Made by a program: the position numbers and the translations under genes. 64,000 nt of DNA from the human T2T-CHM13v2.0 reference genome, Homo sapiens, in the NCBI RefSeq assembly GCF_009914755.1, contig NC_060925.1; one strand, written 5' to 3'. Below the pieces are notes generated by a model, which saw only the letters and a program-made list of their open reading frames with translations, was not told the origin of the DNA and made no database searches. Shown one piece after another: positions 1-11,684 of the stretch (within the stretch, counting starts at the first letter, position 1; each line of letters starts with the position of its first letter).

Positions 1-479
1 CATCAAATGGAATCTAATGGAATCATTGAACAGAATTGAATGGAATCGTCATCGAATGAATTGACTGCAATCATCGAATGGTCTCGAATGGAATCATCTT
101 CAAATGGAATGGAATGGAATCATCGCATAGAATCGAATGGAATTATCATCGAATGGAATCGAATGGAATCAACATCAAACGGAAAAAAACAGAATTATCG
201 AATGGAATCGAAGAGAATCATCGCATGGACCCGAATGGAATCATCTAATGGAATGGAATGGAATAATCCATGGACTCGAATGCAATCATCATCGAATGGA
301 ATCGAATGGAATCATCGAGTGGACTCGAATGGAATAATCATTGAACGGAATCGAATGGAATCATCATCGGATGGAAATGAATGGAATCATCATCGAATGG
401 AATCGAATAGAATTATGGAATTAAATCCAGTGTGATCATCATCGAATGGACCCGAATGGAATCATCATCCAACGGAAGC

Positions 480-490
480 TAATGGAATCA
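480..490 (+). promoter_or_regulatory. DUX4-type motif TAATGGAATCA (representative; about two per standard unit)
   Basis: Seen at 15-25, 480-490 and 1323-1333, and fits TAAYBBAATCA. Known: DUX4 binds HSATII and induces its transcription. Occupancy of these particular copies is inferred only. Confidence 0.55.
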
Positions 491-1187
491 ACATCGAATG
501 AATCAAATGGAAACACCATCGAATTGAAACGAATGGAATTATCATGAAATTGAAATGGATGGACTCATCATCGAATGGATTCCAATGGAATCATCGAATA
601 AAATTGATTGAAATCATCATCGAATGGAATCGAATGGTATCATTGAATGGAATCGAATGGAATCATCATCAGATGGAAATGAATGGAATCGTCATAGAAT
701 GGAATCGAATGGATTCATTGAATGGAATCAGATGGAATCATCGAATGGACTGGAATGGAATCATTGAATGGACTCGAAAGGGATCATGATTGAATGGAAT
801 TGAATGGAATCATCGAATGGTCTCGATTGGAATCATTATCAAATGGAATCGAATGGAATCACCGAATAGAATCGAATGGAACAATCATCGAATGGACTCA
901 AATGGAATTATCCTCAAATGGAATCGAATGGAATTATCGAATGCAATCGAATGGAATTATCGAATGCAATCGAATAGAATCATCGAATGGACTCGAATGG
1001 AATCATCGAATGGAATGGAATGGAACAGTCAATGAACTCGAATGGAATCATCATTGAATGGAATCGAATGGAATCATCGAGTGGAATCGAATGGAATTAT
1101 GATCAAATGGAATCGAATGTAATCATCATCAAATGGAATCAAAAATAACCATCATCAATTGGTATTGAATGGAATTGTCATCAAATG

Positions 1188-1193
1188 GAATTC
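1188..1193. other. EcoRI site (GAATTC) defining the ~1.77-kb restriction unit
   Basis: GGAATTCAAAGG occurs once in most tails. It is mutated at ~3560 (GAATTGAAAGG), deleted at ~12630, and doubled by a GAATTCTCATC variant at e.g. 5319 plus 5335. Confidence 0.9.
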
Positions 1194-1347
1194 AAAGGAA
1201 TCATCATCAAATGGAACCGAATGGAATCCTCATTGAATGGAAATGAAAGGGGTCATCATCTAATGGAATCGCATGGAATCATCATCAAATGGAATCGAAT
1301 GGAATCATCATCAAATGGAATCTAATGGAATCATTGAACAGAATTGA

Positions 1348-1815
1348 ATGGAATCGTCATCGAATGAATTGAATGCAATCATCGAATGGTCTCGAATGGA
1401 ATCATCTTCTAATGGAAAGGAATGGAATCATCGCATAGAATCGAATGGAATTATCATCGAATGGAATCGAATGGTATCAACACCAAACGGAAAAAAACGG
1501 AATTATCGAATGGAATCGAAGAGAATCTTCGAACGGACCCGAATGGAATCATCTAATGGAATGGAATGGAATAATCCATGGACTCGAATGCAATCATCAT
1601 CGAATGGAATCGAATGGAATCATCGAATGGACTCGAATGGAATAATCATTGAACGGAATCGAATGGAATCATCATCGGATGGAAACGAATGGAATCATCA
1701 TCGAATGGAAATGAAAGGAGTCATCATCTAATGGAATTGCATGGAATCATCATAAAATGGAATCGAATGGAATCAACATCAAATCGAATCAAACGGAATC
1801 ATTGAACGGAATTGA
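1348..1815 (+). repeat. 468-bp internal subrepeat A, paralogous to the start of segment B
   Basis: A and B share ATGGAATCGTCATCGAATGAATTGA, GGAAAAAAACGG and AATCCATGGACTCG, and the A-to-B start spacing is 468. A markers: TCTAATGGAAAGG, GGTATCAACACC, CTTCGAACGG. B markers: TCAAATGGAATGG, ATCATCGAATGGACCC. Confidence 0.93.
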
Positions 1816-2410
1816 ATGGAATCGTCATCGAATGAATTGACTGCAATCATCGAATGGTCTCGAATGGAATCATCTTCAAATGGAATGGAATGGAATCATC
1901 GCATAGAATCGAATGGAATTATCACCGAATGGAATCGAATGGAATCAACATCAAACGGAAAAAAACGGAATTATCGAATGGAATCGAAGAGAATCATCGA
2001 ATGGACCCGAATGGAATCATCTAATGGAATGGAATGGAATAATCCATGGACTCGAATGCAATCATCATCGAATGGAATCGAATGGAATCATCGAATGAAC
2101 TCGAATGGAATAATCATTGAATGGAATCGAATGGAATCATCGAGTGGAATCGAATGGAATTATGATCAAATGGAATCGACTGTAATCATCATCAAATGGA
2201 ATCAAAAATAACCATCATCAATTGGTATTGAATGGAATTGTCATCAAATGGAATTCAAAGGAATCATCATCGGATGGAAACGAATGGAATCATCATCGGA
2301 TGGGAATGAAAGGAGTCATCATCTAATGGAATTGCATGGAATCATCATAAAATGGAATCGAATGGAATCAACATCAAATGGAATCAAATGGAATCATTGA
2401 ACGGAATTGA
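1816..2410 (+). repeat. Deletion-variant segment B' (713-bp deletion; 595 bp instead of 1308 bp), copy 1 of 6
   Basis: Junction CATCG-AATG-AACTCG at ~2095 joins B to the late tail. The same junction is at ~32103, ~38101, ~44492, ~54435 and ~58657, each with 595-bp spacing to the next subrepeat start. Confidence 0.9.
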
Positions 2411-5400
2411 ATGGAATCGTCATCGAATGAATTGAATGCAATCATCGAATGGTCTCGAATGGAATCATCTTCAAATGGAATGGAATGGAATCATTGCATA
2501 GAATCGAATGGAATTATCATCGAATGGAATCGAATGGTATCAACATCAAACGGAAAAAAACGGAATTATCGAATGGAATCGAAGAGAATCTTCGAACGTA
2601 CCCGAATGGAATCATCTAATGGAGTGGAATGGAATAATCCATGGACTCGAATGCAATCATCATCGAATGGAATCGAATGGAATCATCGAATGGTCTCGAA
2701 TGGAATGATCATTGAACGGAATCGAATGGAATCATCATCGGATGGAAATGAATGGAATGATCATCGAATGGAATCGAATAGAATTATGGAATGAAATCCA
2801 GTGTGATCATCATCGAATGGACCCGAATGGAATCATCATCCAACGGAAGCTAATGGAATCAACATCGAATGAATCGAATGGAAACACCATCGAATTGAAA
2901 CGAATGGAATTATCATGAAATTGAAATGGATGGACCCATCATCGAATGGATTCGAATGGAATCATCGAATAAAATTGATTGAAATCATCATCAAATGGAA
3001 TCGAATGGTGTCATTGAATGGGATCGAATGGAATCATCGTCAGATGGAAATGAATGGAATCGTCATAGAATGGAATCGAATGGATTCATTGAATGGAATC
3101 AGATGGAATCATCGAATGGACTGGAATGGAATCATTGAATGGACTCGAATGGAATCATTATTGAATGGAATTGAATGGAATCATCGAATGGTCTCGATTG
3201 GAATCATTATCACATGGAATCGAATGGAATCACCGAATAGAATCGAATGGAACAATCATCGAATTGACTCAAATGGAATTATCCTCAAATGGAATCGAAT
3301 GGAATTATCGAATGCAATCGAATGGAATTATCGAATGCAATCGAATAGAATCATCGAATGGACTCGAATGGAATCATCGAATGGAATGGAATGGAACAGT
3401 CAATGAACTCGAATGGAATCATCATTGAATGGAATCGAATGGAATCATCGAGTGGAATCGAATGGAATTATGATCAAATGGAATCGAATGTAATCCTCAT
3501 CAAATGGAATCAAAAATAACGATCATCAATTGGTATTGAATGGAATTGTCATCAAATGGAATTGAAAGGAATCATCATCAAATGGAACCGAATGGAATCC
3601 TCATTGAATGGAAATGAAAGTGGTCATCATCTAATGGAATCGCATGGAATCATCATCAAATGGAATCGAATGGAATCATCATGAAATGGAATCTAAGGGA
3701 ATCATTGAACAGAATTGAATGGAATCGTCATCGAATGAATTGAATGCAATCATCGAATGGTCTCGAATGGAATCATCTTCAAATGGAAAGGAATGGAATC
3801 ATCGCATAGAATCGAATGGAATTATCATCGAATGGAATCCAATGGTATCAACATCAAACGGAAAAAAACGGAATTATGGAATGGAATCGAAGAGAATCTT
3901 CGAACGGACCCGAATGGAATCATCTAATGGAATGGAATGGAATAATCCATGGACTCGAATGCAATCATCATCAAATGGAATCGAATGGAATCATCGAATG
4001 GACTCGAATGGAATAATCATTGAACGGAATCGAATGGAATCATCATCGGATGGAAACGAATGGAATCATCATCGAATGGAAATGAAAGGAGTCATCATCT
4101 AATGGAATTGCATGGAATCATCATAAAATGGAATCGAATGGAATCAACATCAAATGGAATCAAATGGAATCATTGAACGGAATTGAATGGAATCGTCATC
4201 GAATGAATTGACTGCAATCATCGAATGGTCTCGAATGGAATCATCTTCAAATGGAATGGAATGGAATCATCGCATAGAATCGAATGGAATTATCATCGAA
4301 TGGATTCGAATGGAATCAACATCAAACGGAAAAAATCGGAATTATCGAATGGAATCGAAGGGAATCATCGAAGGGACCCGAATGGAATCATCTAATGGAA
4401 TGGAATGGAATAATCCATGGACTCGAATGCAATCATCATCGAATGGAATCGAATGGAATCATCGAATGGACTCGAATGGAATAATCATTGAACGGAATCG
4501 AATGGAATCATCATCGGATGGAAATGAATGGAGTCATCATCGAATGGAATCGAATAGAATTATGGAATGAAATCCAGTGTGATCATCATCGAATGGACCC
4601 GAATGGAATCATCATCCAACGGAAGCTAATGGAATCAACATCGAATGAATCAAATGGAAACACCATCGAATTGAAACGAATGGAATTACCATGAAATTAA
4701 ATTGGATGGACTCATCCTCAAATGGATTCGAGTGGAATCATCGAATAAAATTGATTGAAATCATCATCAAATGGAATCGAATGGTATCATTGAATGGAAT
4801 CGAATGGAATCATCATCAGATGGAAATGAAAGGAATCGTCATAGAATGGAATCAAATGGATTCATTGAATGGAATCAGATGGAATCATTGAATGGACTGG
4901 AATGGAATCATTGAATGGACTCGAAAGGGATCATTATTGAATGGAATTGAATGGAATCATCGAATGGTCTCGATTGGAATCATTATCAAATGGAATCGAA
5001 TGGAATCACCGAATAGAATCGAATGGAACAATCATCGAATGGACTCAAATGGAATTATCCTCAAATGGAATTGAATGGAATTATCGAATGAAATCGAATG
5101 GAATTATCGAATGCAATCGAATAGAATCATCGAATGGACTCGAATGGAATCATCGAATGGAATGGAATGGAACAGTCAATGAACACGAATGGAATCATCA
5201 TTGAATGGAATCGAATGGAATCATCGAGTGGAATCGAATGTAATCATCATCAAATGGAATCAAAAATAACCATCATCAAATGGAATCAAAAATAACCATC
5301 ATCAATTGGTATTGAATGGAATTCTCATCAAATGGAATTCAAAGGAATCATCATCAAATGGAACCGAATGGAATCCTCATTGAATGGAAATGAAAGGGGT

Positions 5401-6831
5401 CATCATCTAATGGAATCGCATGGAATCATCATAAAATGGAATCGAATGGAATCAACATCAAATGGAATCAAATGGAATCATTGAACGGAATTGAATGGAA
5501 TCGTCATCGAATGAATTGAATGCAACCATCGAATGGTCTCGAATGGAATCATCTTCAAATGGAATGGAATGGAATCATCGCATAGAATCGAATGGAATTA
5601 TCATCGAATGGAATCGAATGGAATCAACATCAAACGGAAAAAAACGGAATTATCGAATGGAATCGAAGAGAATCATCGAATGGACCCGAATGGAATCATC
5701 TAATGGAATGGAATGGAATAATCCATGGACTCGAATGCAATCATCATCGAATGGAATCGAATGGAATCATCGAATGGACTCGAATGGAATAATCATTGAA
5801 CGGAATCGAATGGAATCATCATCGGATGGAAATGAATGGAATCATCATCGAATGGAATCGAATAGAATTATGGAATGAAATCCAGTGTGATCATCATCGA
5901 ATGGACCCGAATGGAATCATCATCCATCGGAAGCAAATGGAATCAACATCGAATGAATCGAATGGAAACACCATCGAATTGAAACGAATGGAATTATCAT
6001 GAAATTGAAATGGATGGACTCATCATCGAATGGATTCGAATGGAATCATCGAATAAAATTGATTGAAATCATCATCAAATGGAATCGAATGGTATCATTG
6101 AATGGAATCGAATGGAATCATCATCAGATGGAAATGAATGGAATCGTCATAGAATGGAATCGAATGGATTCATTGAATGGAATCAGATGGAATCATCGAA
6201 TGGACTGGAATGGAATCATTGAATGGACTCGAAAGGGATCATTATTGAATGGAATTGAACGGAATCATCGAATGGTCTCGATTGGAATCATTATCAAATG
6301 GAATCGAATGGAATCACCGAATAGAATCGAATGGAACAATCATCGAATGGACTCAAATGGAATTATCCTCCAATGGAATCGAATGGAATTATCGAATGCA
6401 ATCGAATGGAATTATCGAATGCAATCGAATAGAATCATCGAATGGACTCGAATGGAATCATCGAATGGAATGGAATGGAACAGTCAATGAACTCGAATGG
6501 AATCATCATTGAATGGAATCGAATCGAATCATCGAGTGGAATCGAATGGAATTATGATCAAATGGAATCGAATGTAATCATCATCAAATGGAATCAAAAA
6601 TAAACATCATCAATTGGTATTGAATGGAATTCTCATCAAATGGAATTCAAAGGAATCATCATCAAATGGAACTGAATGGAATCCTCATTGAATGGAAATG
6701 AAAGGGGTCATCATCTAATGGAATCGCATGGAATCATCATCAAATGGAATCGAATGGAATCATCATCAAATGGAATCTGATGGAATCATTGAACAGAATT
6801 GAATGGAATCGTCATCGAATGAATTGAATGC

Positions 6832-7125
6832 AATCATCGAATGGTCTCGAATGTAATCACATTCTAATGGAAAGGAATGGAATCATCGCATAGAATCGAA
6901 TGGAATTAACATTGAATGGACTCGAATGGAATCAACATCAAACGGAATCAAGCGGAATTATCGAATGGAATCGAAGAGAATCATCGAATGGTCTCGAATG
7001 GAATCATCTTCTAATGGAAAGGAATGGAATCATCGCATAGAATCGAATGGAATTAACATTGAATGGACTCGAATGGAATCAACATCAAATGGAATCAAGC
7101 GGAATTATCGAATGAAATCGAAGAG
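6832..7125 (+). repeat. 147-bp tandem duplication inside subrepeat A
   Basis: TCATCGAATGGTCTCGAATG at 6834 and 6981. The A-to-B spacing 6803 to 7418 is 615 = 468+147. Confidence 0.88.
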
Positions 7126-9193
7126 AATCATCGAATGGACTCGAAAGGAATCATCTAATGGAATGGAATGGAATAATCCATGGACTCGAATGCAATCATC
7201 ATCGTATAGAATCGAATGGAATCATCGAAAGGACTCGAATGGAATAACCATTGAACGGAATCGAATGGAATCATCATCGGATGGAAACGAATGGAATCAT
7301 CATCGAATGGAAATGAAAGGAGTCATCATCTAATGGAATTGCATGGAATCATCATAAAATGGAATCGAATGGAATCATCATCAAATGGAATCAAATGGAA
7401 TCATTGAACGGAATTGAATGGAATCGTCATCGAATGAATTGAATGCAATCATCGAATGGTCTCGAATGGAATCATCTTCAAATGGAATGGAATGGAATCA
7501 TCGCATAGAATCGAATGGAATTATCATCGAATGGAATCGAATGAAATCAACATCAAACGGAAAAAAACGGAATTATCGAATGGAATCGAAAAGAATCATC
7601 GAATGGTCCCGAATGGAATCATCTAATGGAATGGAATGGAATAATCCATGGACTCGAATGCAATCATCATCGAATGGAATCGAATGGAATCATCGAATGG
7701 ACTCGAATGGAATAATCATTGAACGGAATCGAATGGAATCATCATCGGATGGAAATGAATGGAATCATCATCGAATGGAATCGAATAGAATTATGGAATG
7801 AAATCCAGTGTGATCATCATCGAATGGACCCGAATGGAATCATCATCCAACGGCAGCTAATGGAATCAACATCGAATGAATCGAATGGAAACACCATCGA
7901 TTTGAAACGAATGGAATTATCATGAAATTGAAATGGATGGACTCATCATCGAATGGATTCGAATGGAATCATCGAATAAAATTGATTGAAATCATCATCA
8001 AATGGAATCGAATGGTATCATTGAATGGAATCGAATGGAATCATCATCAGATGGAAATGAATGGAATCGTCATAGAATGGAATCGAATGGATTCATTGAA
8101 TGGAATCAGATGGAATCATCGAATGGACTGGAATGGAATCATTGAATGGACTCGAAAGGGATCATTATTGAATGGAATTGAATGGAATCATCGAATGGTC
8201 TCGATTGGAATCATTATCAAATGGAATCGAATGGAATCACCGAATAGAATCGAATGGAACAATCATCGAATGGACTCAAATGGAATTATCCTCAAATGGA
8301 ATGGAATGGAATTATCGACTGCAATCGAATGGAATTATCGAATGCAATCGAATAGAATCATCGAATGGACTCGAATGGAATCATCGAATGGAATGGAATG
8401 GAACAGTCAATGAACTCGAATGGAATCATCATTGAATGGAATCGAATGGAATCATCGAGTGGAATCGAATGGAATTATGATCAAATGGAATCGAATGTAA
8501 TCATCATCAAATGGAATCAAAAATAACCATCATCAATTGGTATTGAATGGAATTGTCATCAAATGGAATTCAAAGGAATCATCATCAAATGGAACCGAAT
8601 GGAATCCTCATTGAATGGAAATGAAAGGGGTCATCATCTAATGGAATCGCATGGAATCATCATCAAATGGAATCGAATGGAATCATCATCAAATGGAATC
8701 TAATGGAATCATTGAACAGAATTGAATGGAATCGTCATCGAATGAATTGAATGCACTCATCGAATGGTCTCGAATGGAATCATCTTCTAATGGAAAGGAA
8801 TGGAATCATCGCATAAAATCGAATGGAATTAACATTGAATGGACTCGAATGGAATCAACATCAAACGGAATCAAGCCGAATTATCGAATGGAATCGAAGA
8901 GAATCAAAGAATGGACTCGAATGGAATCATCTAATGGAATGGAATGGAATAATCCACGGACCCGAATGCAATCATCATCGAATGGAATCGAATGGAATCA
9001 TCGAATGGACTCGAATGGAATAAACATTGAACGGAATCGAATGGAATCATCATCGGATGGAAACGAATGGAATCATCATCGAATGGAAATGAAAGGAATC
9101 ATCATCTAATGGAATTGCATGGAATCATCATCAAATGGAATCGAATGGAATCAACATCAAATGGAATCAAATGGAATCATTGAACGGAATTGA

Positions 9194-9612
9194 ATGGAAT
9201 CGTCATCGAATGAATTGAATGCAATCATCGAATGGTCTCGAATGGAATCATCTTCAAATGGAATGGAAAGCAATCATCGCATAGAATCGAATGGAATTAT
9301 CATCGAATGGAATCGAATCGTATCAACATCAAACGGAAAAAAACGGAATTATCGAATGGAATCGAAGAGAATCTTCGAACGGACCCGAATGGAATCATCT
9401 AATGGAATGGAATGGAACAATCCATGGACTGGTAGGCAAACATCATTGAACGGAATCGAATGGAATCATCATCGGATGGACACGACTGGAATCATCATCG
9501 AATGGAAATGAAAGGAGTCATCATCTAATGGAATTGCATGGAATCATCATAAAATGGAATTAAATGGAATCAACATCAAATGGAATCAAATGGAATCATT
9601 GAACGGAATTGA
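9194..9612 (+). repeat. Extra 419-bp subrepeat (49-bp deletion) carrying GGACTGGTAGGCAAAC; second copy at 13180-13598
   Basis: Spacing is 419 = 468-49 at both sites. Shared private motifs GGAAAGCAATC, GAATCGTATC and GGTAGGCAAAC. Confidence 0.88.
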
Positions 9613-11340
9613 ATGGAATCGTCATCGAATGAATTGAATGCAATCATCGAATGGTCTCGAATGGAATCATCTTCAAATGGAATGGAATGGAATCATCGCA
9701 TAAAATCGAATGGAATTATCATCGAATGGAATCGAATGGAATCAACATCAAACGGAAAAAAAAGGAATTATCGAATGGAATCGAATAGAATCATCGAACG
9801 GACCCGAATGGAATCATCTAATGGAATGGAATGGAATAATCCATGGACTCGAATGCAATCATCATCGAATGGAATCGAATGCAATCATCCAATGGACTCG
9901 AATGGAATAATCATTGAACGGAATCGAATGGAATCATCATCGGATGGAAATGAATGGAATCATCATCGAATGGAATCGAATAGAATTATGGAATGAAATC
10001 CAGTGTGATCATCATCGAATGGACCCGAATTGAATCATCATCCAACGGATTCTAATGGAATCAACATCGAATGAATCAAATGGAAACACCATCGAATTGA
10101 AACGAATGGAATTACAATGAAATTGAAATGGATGGACTCATCATCGAATGGATTCGAATGGAATCATCGAATAAAATTGATTGAAATCATCATCGAATGG
10201 AATCGAATGGTATCATTGAATGGAATCGAATGGAATCATCATCAGATGGAAATGAATGGAATCGTCATAGAATGGAATCGAATGGATTCATTGAATGGAA
10301 TCAGATGGAATCATCGAATGGACTGGAAAGGAATCATTGAATGGACTCGAAAGAGATCATTATTGAATGGAATTGAATGGAATCATCGAATGGTCTCGAT
10401 TGGAATCATTATCAAATGGAATCGAATGGAATCACCGAATAGAATCGAATGGAACAATCATCGAAAGGACTCAAATGGAATTATCCTCAAATAGAATCGA
10501 ATGGAATTATCGAATGCAATCGAATGGAATTAACGAATGCAATCGAATAGAATCATCGAATGGACTCGAATGGAATCATCGAATGGAATGGAATGGAACA
10601 GTCAATAAACTCGAATGGAATCATCATTGAATGGAATCGAATGGAATCATCGAGTGGAATCGAATGGAATTATGATCAAATGGAATCGAATGTAATCATC
10701 ATCAAATGGAATCAAAAATAACCATCATCAATTGGTATTGAATGGAATTGTCATCAAATGGAATTCAAAGGAATCATCATCAAATGGAAACGAATGGAAT
10801 CCTCATTGAATGGAAATGAAAGGGGTCATCATCTAATGGAATCGCATGGAATCATCATCAAATGGAATCGAATGGAATCATCATCAAATGGAATCTAATG
10901 GAATCATTGCAAGAATTGAATGGAATCATCATCGAATGAATTGAATGCAATCATCGAATGGTCTCGAATGGAACCATCTTCTAATGGAAAGGAATGGAAT
11001 CATCGCATAGAATCGAATGGAATTGTCATCGAATGGAATCGAATGGTATCAACACCAAACGGAAAAAAACGGAATTATCGAATGGAATCGAAGAGAATCT
11101 TCGAACGGACCCGAATGGAATCATCTAATGGAATGGAATGGAATAATCCATGGACTCGAATGCAATCATCATCGAATGGAATCGAATGGAATCATCGAAT
11201 GGACTCGAATGGAATAATCATTGAACGGAATCGAATGGAATCATCATCGGATGGAAACGAATGGAATCATCATCGAATGGAAATGAAAGGAGTCATCATC
11301 TAATGGAATTGCATGGAATCATCATCAAATGGAATCGAAT

Positions 11341-11684
11341 GGAATCAACATCAAATGCAATCAAATGGAATCATTGAACGGAATTGAATGGAATCGTCAT
11401 CGAATGAATTGAATGCAATCATCGAATGGTCTCGAATGGAATCATCTTCAAATGGAATGGAATGGAATCATCGCATAGAATCGAATGGAATTATCATCGA
11501 ATGGAATCGAATGGAATCAACATCAAATGGAAACAAAAGGAATTATTGAAAGGAATTAAATGGAATCGTCAACGAATGAATTGAATGCAATCATCGAACG
11601 GTCTCGAATGGAATCATCTTCAAATGGAATGGAATGGAATCATCGCATAGAATCGAATGGAATTATCATCGAATGGAATCGAAT
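11341..11684 (+). repeat. 172-bp tandem duplication at an A/B boundary
   Basis: GGAATCAACATCAAATG at 11341 and 11513; B starts at 11388 and again at 11560. Confidence 0.82.

Larger units (their letters stand above)
40..1815 (+). repeat. Representative 1776-bp repeat unit (B + tail, 1308 bp; then A, 468 bp)
   Basis: Homologous ORF starts recur every 1776 bp (14067/15843/17619/19395/21171; 26496/28272/30048; 45276/47052/48828/50604/52380). Single-copy landmarks per unit include TCCAGTGTGATC, AAAAATAACC and GAAAGGGGTC. Confidence 0.95.

Noticed and set aside
181-190. A7 tracts and AATAAA (e.g. ~597) as retroposon tails or polyadenylation signals
   Set aside because: They are fixed parts of the repeat unit with no Alu/L1 sequence adjacent, and function cannot be supported from sequence alone.
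40-1815. Unit lengths 468, 1308 and 1776 all divisible by 3 as a sign of frame preservation
   Set aside because: Variants of 713, 49, 172, 1 and 2 bp break frame and persist or amplify, so this is most simply coincidence.
9431-9441. GGTAGGCAAAC as a foreign insertion or splice donor
   Set aside because: It aligns base-for-base to CGAATGCAATC with substitutions; there is no added length, target-site duplication or exon context.
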